This document shows, one piece after another, positions 56,468 through 64,000 of a stretch of DNA of 64,000 bases; position 1 is the stretch's first letter; each line of letters opens with the position of its first letter. This stretch comes from Clostridia bacterium (GTDB lineage Bacteria; Bacillota; Clostridia; UMGS1810). The DNA lies in the NCBI GenBank assembly GCA_045592485.1, contig JAZNUS010000037.1:133-64132 (forward strand), written 5' to 3'. Position numbers and translations under genes: made by a program. Under the pieces are notes generated by a model that was given only the letters and a program-made list of their open reading frames with translations, was not told the origin of the DNA and made no database searches.

Positions 56468-56668
56468 ATGATTTCAAATTGGGGTTTAGCTGTGAGATTG
56501 TACACAATCTCACAGAGGGAAGAAGTAATAGTGAAGAGTGAAGAGGTATTGTTCAAACTCGCCTGTGGGCGAGTTTGTTCCTTACTTATTCCTTCTTACT
56601 TATTAACTTTTACTTCGGTGAGTTTGCAGGCAAACTCACCGCTAAACCCCAATTTATCACAAAATCAT
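56468..56668. repeat. 201-bp palindromic multi-hairpin intergenic element
   Basis: The outer stems are ATGATTT/AAATCAT and a perfect 15-bp AAATTGGGGTTTAGC/GCTAAACCCCAATTT. They enclose three 10-11-bp hairpins (56491-56514, 56554-56577, 56617-56640) and opposed purine-rich and pyrimidine-rich tracts. Confidence 0.85.
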
Positions 56669-56684
56669 TTCCAAAAGGCGGAAA

Positions 56685-56712
56685 GAAAAAATCCCCGCCG
56701 GATTCGGCAGGG
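56685..56712 (-). terminator. Terminator after hup
   Basis: The minus strand reads CCCTGCCG AATC CGGCGGGG followed by ATTTTTTC. Confidence 0.75.
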
Positions 56713-56728
56713 ATTAAACTAAACTGAA

Positions 56729-57001
56729 TTATTTAACAGCGTCTTTTAAAGCTTTACCAACTTTGAAAGAAGGAACTGTTGTAGCGGGGATATCAATAAT
56801 AGCACCTGTCTGGGGGTTTTTACCCTTTCTTGCTGCACGTTTTTTGGTTTCAAAAGAACCAAAACCAACGAGAACAACTTTATCACCAGCTACGAGAGCT
56901 TCTGTTACGCCATCAACGAAAGCGTTTAATGCTTTCTCTGCGTCTTTCTTTGATAATTCTGCTTTGTCTGCTATTTTAGCAATTAATTCACTTTTGTTCA
57001 T
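56729..57001 (-). CDS. hup: Nucleoid protein HU
   Basis: 90 aa starting [11 protein letters not shown], with [21 protein letters not shown]. Confidence 0.95.
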   Translation of the reverse strand: MNKSELIAKIADKAELSKKDAEKALNAFVDGVTEALVAGDKVVLVGFGSFETKKRAARKGKNPQTGAIIDIPATTVPSFKVGKALKDAVK

Positions 57002-57148
57002 TTTTACCTACTACCTCCTAAGATTTTTGGTCTAAAGTTATTATAACAGATAATTCCATTTGTTGCAAGTGAAAAAAGCAACAATTTTGTGGTAATATTG
57101 CATAAACTTAAATGCGTTTAATTGATGTAAATGTCAAAAAGATGGTTG

Positions 57149-57841
57149 TCAGTCAATTTCTTCCTCAGGATCATACATATTGTCATATACATACTCGCAC
57201 CCGTTTCTCGCTGAAAGCAGGAACAGGAAGGCTAAAATAGCCTCACATATAATGTTGAGAACCAGCGAATTTTCAACATTAAAATAATCCCAATACACAT
57301 ATGATGCTACTGTTTTAAGAGACGGGAATCCACAGAACAGCGAGTACAGTGATGCAGCCATACAAAACAATGCTACACCTTCAAATATCAAAGGAATATA
57401 TTCTATTTCTCCGACTTTTCTGTTGGGTATGATGTTACACTTTATAAACAACGAATTTAAAAAATTCATGGTTGCAACCAGTGCAAAATAAAATACATAT
57501 CCCATATTCCTGTCAAATCCAAGTAAAATAACGAAGGTAACCGAAGAGGCAATAAGCACAAAGGCTGAAGCCTTGAAAAACCATCCGTAGAAGGCTTTTG
57601 TAAAAAACATTCCAAAAAACCCAACAAGTAATGCTGTGGAGATAATCTGAGGAATGTACAGATACCACATATCAAAATACAATTCATCCTGCTCATTTAT
57701 CATAAAAATATACATAGTCAGATCCACCAGAAATTTCATAACGAATCCGATCATTCCCAGCATAACCAGAGTTGAAACTGTTTTTTTCTTTAATTGCACA
57801 GACATGGCATCACGCTGTATTTCGCTTCGGGGTTTAAGCAT
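57149..57841 (-). CDS. Hypothetical polytopic membrane protein
   Basis: 230 aa with about 6 TM segments. No recognisable motif, and the start is uncertain. Confidence 0.45.
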   Translation of the reverse strand: MLKPRSEIQRDAMSVQLKKKTVSTLVMLGMIGFVMKFLVDLTMYIFMINEQDELYFDMWYLYIPQIISTALLVGFFGMFFTKAFYGWFFKASAFVLIASSVTFVILLGFDRNMGYVFYFALVATMNFLNSLFIKCNIIPNRKVGEIEYIPLIFEGVALFCMAASLYSLFCGFPSLKTVASYVYWDYFNVENSLVLNIICEAILAFLFLLSARNGCEYVYDNMYDPEEEID

Positions 57842-57861
57842 TGTATATCACATCTTTCCAA

Positions 57862-59475
57862 TCATTCTATAATTTGATTTACATATATATTTTCAAAGGG
57901 GAAATTAATATCCACAAGCTCAATGCCGGTATTGACATCTGCATAGAATACATCGCCGCTTTTAAGGGTCTTTGAACCGACTGCATCGTTAGAACATTTG
58001 ATAATGTCTGAAAGCTTTGATGCTGCACCGCTGTCTTTCACAACAACCTTTACTCTTAATGTGTAGCCCTTTGTGGCTTTTGAAACAAGAGAGGGGTTAT
58101 CATAAATTTCAATGTTGGCACCCTTTGATTTTGCATAGGTTTTCCACTGGATAAACATTGTGTCGAAAATACTCTTGAAATTAGTCGCTTTTTTGAAGTT
58201 TTGTGCAGGTGTCTCTGCCATATCAACAAAGGATGTTTCATACACCTTTGAGGGGATTCCTTCAAGAATAATCCGATAGTCTGATGCATTTGCAGGATAT
58301 GCAGAAGGGTCTGTGTTCAGTCTGTAATCTACACTGTGGGAATTGTCTGCATAAACATTGCCTGTGAGGAAGCCTGAAATACCGTCAAATTCTATCATAA
58401 GACATGCAAGCTCTTTGAGGGTAATGTCTTTGTTAAAATCAATGACATCGCCGTGACGATTAAAGAGGATTCCGTTCTGATAGGCTCTTTTCAAAAGTGC
58501 TGTCTGCTGTTCGTTTGCAGGATTTGCATTTGCGTAGATGCCGCCGTTTGTATCAAATCTTATGGGAAGATGTGACGTTCTCTGAGTTGCAAACATAAGT
58601 GCCATAATGGCATCTTTAACAGTTGCATTTTTATCGGCAAATTCTATTGTGTCATTTTCCGCACCTGCATAGTAGCGGGAAATCATGTTAACTGCCATTG
58701 CGTAGGGATGTTCAAAGGATTTTGTGGCAGAAACGCCCTTGTAGTCAGGGCTAACGCAATCGGAAATGATGCGTGCTGCGGCATAGGCAAGCTCACCGTT
58801 TGTAACTGTCTGCTCGGGAGAATATGCCTTATCTACAAAACCGAATGCATTATATGCAGTTTCCAAAACCTTTGCATCAATTGAGTTTATGAAATCAATT
58901 TTTTCACTGGATTCATTAATCTGACGGGAACGGACAATAAGAGCTGCTGCTTCAGCTCTGGTGAGAGTATCGCCAAGACGAAGATTCAGATAATCGTCAC
59001 CGTTCATAATTTTGTAGGTATATACCCATGCAATTGCATCATAGTTAACGCCCTGACTGAAAATTACAGGCGGAGCTGTGAGTCCCTTTGGACTTCCTGC
59101 TCTTGTCCAGAGAAGGGTTGCAACCTCGCCTCTGGTGATGGGCTTTGAGGGTTCAAAAAACTCACTGCCTGTTTCAAAGCCGGAGGTCATAACATATTCA
59201 TATGCCCAGTGAGACTGATTCACATCAGCAAAATCTGAAGAGCGTCTTGTGGGACCGTTACCAATCATTTTAACAAATTCTGCTCTTGTAACAGTGCCGG
59301 CGGGTCTGAATGTTCCGTCTTCGAAGCCGTTGATGGTTCCGTCAGCCACGAGAGCGTTTACATAAGAAAATGCCCAGTGGTCACCGGAAAGATCGTGAAA
59401 AGATACGGCAAAAACATTTGTTGTTAATGTGAATACAAACGCAATTGTTAATAAAAGTGAAAGTAATCTTTTCAT
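57862..59475 (-). CDS. Secreted SLH-domain surface protein
   Basis: Signal peptide MKRLLSLLLTIAFVFTLTTNVFA. Three SLH-like repeats follow (FHDLSGDHWAFSYVNALV..., FADVNQSHWAYEYV..., ...AIAWVY...), then an approximately 350-aa unknown region. AAGGAG RBS. Confidence 0.75.
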   Translation of the reverse strand: MKRLLSLLLTIAFVFTLTTNVFAVSFHDLSGDHWAFSYVNALVADGTINGFEDGTFRPAGTVTRAEFVKMIGNGPTRRSSDFADVNQSHWAYEYVMTSGFETGSEFFEPSKPITRGEVATLLWTRAGSPKGLTAPPVIFSQGVNYDAIAWVYTYKIMNGDDYLNLRLGDTLTRAEAAALIVRSRQINESSEKIDFINSIDAKVLETAYNAFGFVDKAYSPEQTVTNGELAYAAARIISDCVSPDYKGVSATKSFEHPYAMAVNMISRYYAGAENDTIEFADKNATVKDAIMALMFATQRTSHLPIRFDTNGGIYANANPANEQQTALLKRAYQNGILFNRHGDVIDFNKDITLKELACLMIEFDGISGFLTGNVYADNSHSVDYRLNTDPSAYPANASDYRIILEGIPSKVYETSFVDMAETPAQNFKKATNFKSIFDTMFIQWKTYAKSKGANIEIYDNPSLVSKATKGYTLRVKVVVKDSGAASKLSDIIKCSNDAVGSKTLKSGDVFYADVNTGIELVDINFPFENIYVNQIIE

Positions 59476-59554
59476 TTTTATTTCTCCTTACTTTGTTTTA
59501 TTTTCCAAAATATATATAAATCTTTAACCTATAAATCTTTTGATTATTTAATAA

Positions 59555-60448
59555 TTAATCTTTGAAAATCTGTTCCCTGGCAGTGATTGCCGCATCAGCA
59601 TCCATGTTGCAGCTGAGGTTATATATGGGAACAGTTTTGCAAATCTTATTTATTGTTTCTGTAACATCGTCAAACATTTCTTTTGAAAGAGGCGAAACCA
59701 TTGCATCGAAAAACCTTTGGGCAACGGCAAAAAAGCTTGTCTTTTCAATGGTGTTTGTTTCTCCGCGGGACAAAAACACAATAGCCCTGAGAGGTACTGC
59801 TTCATTGGAGTTGATTCCTGTGGAGCCTGCCCACGGTGTTCCATAGAGCATAACCTTCCCATCGTGAAGTGCCCTTATGATGGGAGTGTCGTCATTGATA
59901 ACCCTTACTCCGTCAAACTCCTTTTGCCAGAGAGATGTATGAGTGGATTTACCTGTCCCTGATTTAGCAGAAAACACCACACCCTCACCGCCAAAAGAAA
60001 TGGCAGAGGAATGAAACACAATGCCATCAAACTTTCTTATTGCATAGTGCATTGCACTGTCAATAAGATTAACAACAAAGCATTCGTCAGATATGTCATA
60101 AAGCTTTGTAACATCATATTTTGTGATTGTAATTTTTGAATAGTTTTCACCGAATACTGTCGTTGCAAGAATAATTCCGCTTTTTTCGTCATAGTCGATA
60201 ACAACATCATTATTTTCCTGTTTGGAATAATATTTTCCGGGGCAGAGCTTTGTAACAGCCGAAAAATCATTGTCAATTTTTTCGTCGGATTTTGTGATGA
60301 CAAATTCAATATCGGGCTCACCTTCAAACTCAAACCTGTATGGGGCATGTGACAGTTCAAGATTTTCATCATAGTCCGATGTGACTGAAATTTTTAAATC
60401 TGCAATTATGTATTTACTTGTCATAATCACATAAGGACCACCTTTCAA
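59555..60448 (-). CDS. HPr-kinase-like P-loop protein of the type found in RiPP (lasso/ScmC-type) clusters
   Basis: 297 aa with FHSSAISFGGEGVVFSAKSGTGKSTHTS...NDDTP...GTPWAG. The true start may be GTG 60430 or ATG 60424. Confidence 0.55.
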   Translation of the reverse strand: MKGGPYVIMTSKYIIADLKISVTSDYDENLELSHAPYRFEFEGEPDIEFVITKSDEKIDNDFSAVTKLCPGKYYSKQENNDVVIDYDEKSGIILATTVFGENYSKITITKYDVTKLYDISDECFVVNLIDSAMHYAIRKFDGIVFHSSAISFGGEGVVFSAKSGTGKSTHTSLWQKEFDGVRVINDDTPIIRALHDGKVMLYGTPWAGSTGINSNEAVPLRAIVFLSRGETNTIEKTSFFAVAQRFFDAMVSPLSKEMFDDVTETINKICKTVPIYNLSCNMDADAAITAREQIFKD

Positions 60449-60534
60449 AAGAGTTCTGTCAGGACAGGGGAAGCTTCTTTATAATCCGATTGTGAAACTG
60501 CAGGGTTGCTATCTATCGATTTAACAGATTACTT

Positions 60535-60570
60535 AAAAAAAAGGTTGACTTGGTATGTCAACCTTTTTTT
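60535..60570 (-). terminator. Strong bidirectional terminator immediately after the 61-aa peptide gene
   Basis: AAAAAA AAGGTTGAC TTGGTAT GTCAACCTT TTTTT. Confidence 0.85.
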
Positions 60571-60590
60571 AATTATTAATAGTCGTTTAA

Positions 60591-60776
60591 TTAGCCCTGA
60601 ATCTGAGAAGTGTTGATTGATGTAAGATCATACACTGTAAGGGGAATGTCATCTCCGTATGTGCCATCTGCAGCACCAGCAACAGGAGCAGTTTTAATTC
60701 CTGTGGGGAGAGCAGCCATTGTTTCCTTAACAGAAAGTTCAACAACATTGATTTCGGGTTTTACATAGTTTTTCAT
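60591..60776 (-). CDS. 61-aa candidate RiPP precursor peptide with a lasso-type leader
   Basis: Strong RBS (GAGGAG, 8 nt, ATG). The leader-like N-terminus MKNYVKPEINVVELSVKETM carries YxxP and a Thr at -2. The 41-aa Gly/Ala/Thr/Asp-rich remainder has no Cys. Confidence 0.6.
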   Translation of the reverse strand: MKNYVKPEINVVELSVKETMAALPTGIKTAPVAGAADGTYGDDIPLTVYDLTSINTSQIQG

Positions 60777-60798
60777 TTCAATATCTCCTCTCTGTTAA

Positions 60799-61614
60799 TT
60801 AGTTATCAATTTCTGCATAGAAATCGTCTTCTGTCACTGTACCAATTTTTTCAGGAAGCTTAAGCTGTACAGCTGCTTTTCCGCCTTCTGCAGCAAGAGC
60901 AGGATAGAAATGATTCTCATAAATCATACCAATCTTACCAATAGCTTCACTCTTGTCACCTGTGAAGGTAATTACACAAGTAGCAAGATATGCATCATTA
61001 GCATCGTCAAATTCAACATACTTTGCAGAATCATTAATTACAACATCAGTCTGCTGAGGCTGAGTTTCAACAACAAGCACATCACCGATTTTGAGTTCTA
61101 CTGTACCTACAAAGTCAACCTGAGCTTCACCGTTGATTTTAACAGCGGTAATTTCATAGCCATCTTTAGCAACAATAGTAGCATTAGCTGTATCTTCAGA
61201 ACCTGTGATTGCTTTTGTGAATTCTACTGTGTAAGTTTCAGCATTATCATCACCAAATTTTGCAAGAGGAAGAACATCACTTCCGTCTGTGATAGGTGTA
61301 TCACCGTCTGTACCGAAGGTTGCTAATGTGCTGAGATTGACATCAAGTTTATCAACTGCAATTTTGTAGTTGAATGTTGCGCTACCAGTATTATCTGCTG
61401 TAGCCTGATCAATGTACACGATATTGTCATTGGACTTTACGAGGTATGTAACCTCTTTACCTGCTTCTGCTGTTCTAACAGTTTCTGAAACAACAACCTT
61501 GTTGTTAGCCAAATCATAAGTTGTAGTTGCTGCTGCAAAACCTGTCATAGCAGTCGCCATTACTGCAACTGCTGAAAGAGCTGCAAAAATAGCTTTTAAT
61601 TTTCTGCTTTTCAT
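60799..61614 (-). CDS. Secreted beta-rich protein of unknown function, co-transcribed with the peptide
   Basis: About 271 aa from MKSRKLKAIFAALSAVAVMATAMTGFAAA (signal peptide). The upstream part of the ORF-track frame lies 5' of the predicted promoter. Confidence 0.6.
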   Translation of the reverse strand: MKSRKLKAIFAALSAVAVMATAMTGFAAATTTYDLANNKVVVSETVRTAEAGKEVTYLVKSNDNIVYIDQATADNTGSATFNYKIAVDKLDVNLSTLATFGTDGDTPITDGSDVLPLAKFGDDNAETYTVEFTKAITGSEDTANATIVAKDGYEITAVKINGEAQVDFVGTVELKIGDVLVVETQPQQTDVVINDSAKYVEFDDANDAYLATCVITFTGDKSEAIGKIGMIYENHFYPALAAEGGKAAVQLKLPEKIGTVTEDDFYAEIDN

Positions 61615-61654
61615 TTTGACATACATCTCCTTATTCATGTTTTTCGTTACAGTC

Positions 61655-61683
61655 ATTTTACCAAATAAAATCAACATTGTCAA
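61655..61683 (-). promoter_or_regulatory. Near-consensus SigA promoter for the secreted-protein/peptide cassette
   Basis: On the minus strand: TTGACA, 17 nt, TAAAAT. Confidence 0.6.
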
Positions 61684-61779
61684 TAGTTTTATGAAATCTT
61701 TTAGTATAATTTTTTCACAATGAATTTGCCGACATTTTGTTATATTTGCACAATGCCCTTAAATACGGACCTTTTGAAA

Positions 61780-63462
61780 TTATTCGCAGATTATTTTCTT
61801 GTCACAAATTTTGAGCACCTTGTCGCTTGCTGCCAATGAGCCTTCCTTGTGCGAAATAATAATGCAGGTGCGGTCCTTTAGTGCGCGTATGTTTTCGAGA
61901 AGCTGTTTTTCGCATTCCTCATCAAGAGCTGAGGTCGCCTCGTCCAGAAGAAGCACATGGGCACCTGTGCAAATTGCTCTTGCTATGGCAAGTCTTTGAA
62001 TCTGCCCCTCCGAAAGACCGAGACCCCCTTCGCCAAGGACTGTGTTGTAGCCATTGGGAAGATTTTTTATCACTTCATCTATACACGCAACCTTTGCAGC
62101 ATTTTCCACTTCTTCATCGCTTATTCCGTCGGACATAAATCTTATGTTGTCACCGACAGTGCCCGAAAGAATCATATTCCCCTGAGGAACATAGGCAAAA
62201 AGACTTCTCGCCGAAGCGTCGGCACTATAGTCTTTGTCGCTGCATTTTATAAACACTCTGCCGTTGTCGGGTTCGAGTATGCCAAGGAGCATTTTCATAA
62301 AAGTGCTTTTCCCTATTCCCGAAATACCTGCAATTGCAGTGATTGAATTTTTTTCTATTGTAACAGAGGCTGAATCAAAGATTTTTTCAGAGTCAAATGA
62401 AAAACCGATGTCCTGTGCAACGATAGCCTCCATTGAAGCATAGACCTTTTCAGCATCGAAATCCCTGTTGGAATATTCTTCGTCGGGAAGCTCTTCTATT
62501 TCCATTATGCGCTCTGCCGATGCAGTCATTGCAAAAACCTGGGGAACAACTCCTGCCAGCTCACGGAAGGGAGTCTGAATCTGACCTACAAGCTGAATTA
62601 TGGCGGTGAATGTGCCAACGGTCATTATGCCTTTTGAAATTTTCACTGCACACCAGCCCACAGCGAAGTAATAGCCAATGGTCAGAAACACATAGAACAA
62701 AAGATTTGCAAAAATGCTGAAATAACCTTTTTTCATCACATATTTAAGATTAGTCTTCTGGAGTGCCTTAACCGAATCGGTAACTCTGTCATAGGCACCA
62801 AAGGATTTTACAACAAGAATGTTGCGGAGTGTTTCAAGAATAAAAGAATGGGTTTTCCCCTGTGATTCCAAAGCCTTTTTGTGAATGGGTTTCATAAAAC
62901 GGCTATATATGCGTGCAACAATCAGAACAAAGGGACCTATAATCAGAAATATGAGTGCAAAATCACTGTCAAGGGCATAGAGAGCTGAAAAACCGAGAAT
63001 TATTCTTGACACAAAGGCGAGAACATTGGGCACAATTGCCAGCACTCCCGAGGTGACAATCCCGGCATCGCCGTTAAGTCTGTTGAGAATGCCGCCCGTG
63101 TGGTAGGCTGATAAAGATTCCCACTTTTTGCCAAGGAGTTTTTTGTAAGTATTTCTTTGAATTCTGTGCTTGAATGCGGTTTCAGTGTTGATGTGAACCA
63201 GTGTGCTGACTGTCTGTATGACAAGCTGCACAATTACAAGCACAACAAGCTTTATGATACTGTCTTTCAAGCTGCCGGAGGTGCCGGTGTTTATTGCGGC
63301 ATCAAGAAGCTCCTTTGACACAAGTGCAAACCTTACCGAAATCCACGAAATACACATTGCACAAATCGCAACAAAAAATATTCTGAGATATACGGGACGG
63401 GCGACTTCAAGAAGCCACCTTACCGATTTGTATTTTTTTTCTTCCATTATATATACCCTCAT
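61780..63462 (-). CDS. ABC exporter, fused permease/ATPase
   Basis: 560 aa with 6 N-terminal TM segments, Walker A GISGIGKST, signature LSEGQ and Walker B LLLDEATSALD. ATGA overlap with the upstream peptidase gene. Confidence 0.88.
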   Translation of the reverse strand: MRVYIMEEKKYKSVRWLLEVARPVYLRIFFVAICAMCISWISVRFALVSKELLDAAINTGTSGSLKDSIIKLVVLVIVQLVIQTVSTLVHINTETAFKHRIQRNTYKKLLGKKWESLSAYHTGGILNRLNGDAGIVTSGVLAIVPNVLAFVSRIILGFSALYALDSDFALIFLIIGPFVLIVARIYSRFMKPIHKKALESQGKTHSFILETLRNILVVKSFGAYDRVTDSVKALQKTNLKYVMKKGYFSIFANLLFYVFLTIGYYFAVGWCAVKISKGIMTVGTFTAIIQLVGQIQTPFRELAGVVPQVFAMTASAERIMEIEELPDEEYSNRDFDAEKVYASMEAIVAQDIGFSFDSEKIFDSASVTIEKNSITAIAGISGIGKSTFMKMLLGILEPDNGRVFIKCSDKDYSADASARSLFAYVPQGNMILSGTVGDNIRFMSDGISDEEVENAAKVACIDEVIKNLPNGYNTVLGEGGLGLSEGQIQRLAIARAICTGAHVLLLDEATSALDEECEKQLLENIRALKDRTCIIISHKEGSLAASDKVLKICDKKIICE

Positions 63463-63929
63463 TTAAGAAACCTTCTGTATAATCTTGCCCCAAGTGTGAG
63501 AGTTTTTTTTGCAAAAGGTCTCACAGGAAATGCAAAAACCCAGAATGCGGTGTACAGTTTGTACCACAAAGCATTGACACTGTCTTCAGTACCCATTCGC
63601 ACAAAGGATTTCATAACTGCAAGACAATCTTCTTTTTTTACAGGATATTCCTTAACTGTTTCATTGTCGCCGGCAAATGTGAACAATCCGTTTTTTTTCT
63701 TTATTATACGGTGAAGCACAAACCTGCCGTCAGCTCTTTGGAAAAGAACCACATCGCCCTTTTTAAAGGATGATGCCGGAGACAGAGTCACCGTGTCTCT
63801 TTGGTCACGAAACAAGGGATACATACTGTTTCCTGTAACAGTGAGCCGGACACTCTTGCCATCCTTCAGTGCTGACTGAATGTAGGGAGCAATTTCGTTT
63901 ATGCTTGGTCTGAAATACTGTGCTACCAT
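63459..63929 (-). CDS. S24/S26-type Ser peptidase with SipW/ER-like Ser-His signature and no N-terminal anchor
   Basis: 156 aa with GNSMYPLF (Ser) and VLHRII (His where bacterial type I SPases have Lys). The only hydrophobic segment is C-terminal (LWYKLYTAFWVFAFPV). Confidence 0.6.
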   Translation of the reverse strand: MVAQYFRPSINEIAPYIQSALKDGKSVRLTVTGNSMYPLFRDQRDTVTLSPASSFKKGDVVLFQRADGRFVLHRIIKKKNGLFTFAGDNETVKEYPVKKEDCLAVMKSFVRMGTEDSVNALWYKLYTAFWVFAFPVRPFAKKTLTLGARLYRRFLK

Positions 63930-63931
63930 TA

Positions 63932-64000
63932 TTATTTCTCCAGTATGCCGTGTTCAAAGAGCAGGTCGGCAAATGCGTTTATATCAGCGGCAAGTTCTTC
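63932..64000 (-). CDS. 3' end of a gene truncated by the window edge (possibly a PqqD-like RRE protein)
   Basis: 23 codons ...EELAADINAFADLLFEHGILEK then stop, 2 nt before the peptidase start. The PqqD idea rests only on the tail resembling ...F(L/V)xxLxxxG(L/I)(L/I). Confidence 0.25.
   Translation of the reverse strand, partial: EELAADINAFADLLFEHGILEK

Noticed and set aside
56468-56722. 84-aa plus-strand ORF
   Set aside because: It coincides exactly with the multi-hairpin palindromic element and the hup terminator.
60591-60776. Calling the 61-aa peptide a canonical lasso peptide precursor
   Set aside because: The leader fits, but no Asp/Glu lies at core positions 7-9 in any plausible cleavage register. 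No cyclase gene is visible in the window either.

Overview
This 64-kb window comes from a low-GC, endospore-forming Firmicute (Clostridia-like), and almost every gene is on the minus strand. All calls rest on motif and context reading only; no database search was possible.

Core content, by position:
- 0-18 kb: the spoIIAA-spoIIAB-sigF operon, a GerM-like lipoprotein, an OmpR/HK two-component pair, comEA, sigA-dnaG, a dGTPase-like HD protein, a flavoprotein, tRNA-Arg, an FMN riboswitch with ribU, secG, spoIIGA-sigE (plus strand), an ECF sigma with a putative anti-sigma, dusB and nrdR.
- 17.5-31.5 kb: a complete dcw cluster, mraZ-rsmH-ftsL-PBP-murE-murF-mraY-ftsW-murG-murA-ftsQ-ftsZ.
- 31.7-52.8 kb: ftsY-smc, four accessory hydrolase/acetyltransferase genes, pyk, rpsF-ssb-rpsR, a type-2-like ileS, pheST behind a T-box leader, and a five-tRNA operon (Gly-Arg-His-Gln-Lys).

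The accessory region runs from 52.8 to 64 kb:
- An integration scar lies next to tRNA-Lys. It consists of an inverted tRNA-like pseudogene, a 31-bp perfect direct repeat, a duplicated tRNA-Lys T-arm and a truncated large-protein remnant.
- A LOG / unknown / HD::glycosylase operon follows.
- Two large palindromic intergenic elements may be related to each other (47987-48210 and 56468-56668).
- hup and an SLH surface protein come next.
- At the window edge is a truncated RiPP-like cluster. Its 61-aa peptide carries a lasso-type leader, but the predicted core has no ring-acceptor Asp/Glu.

The RiPP-like cluster and the tRNA-Lys scar are the most interesting items. No CRISPR array, integrase or transposase gene is visible.
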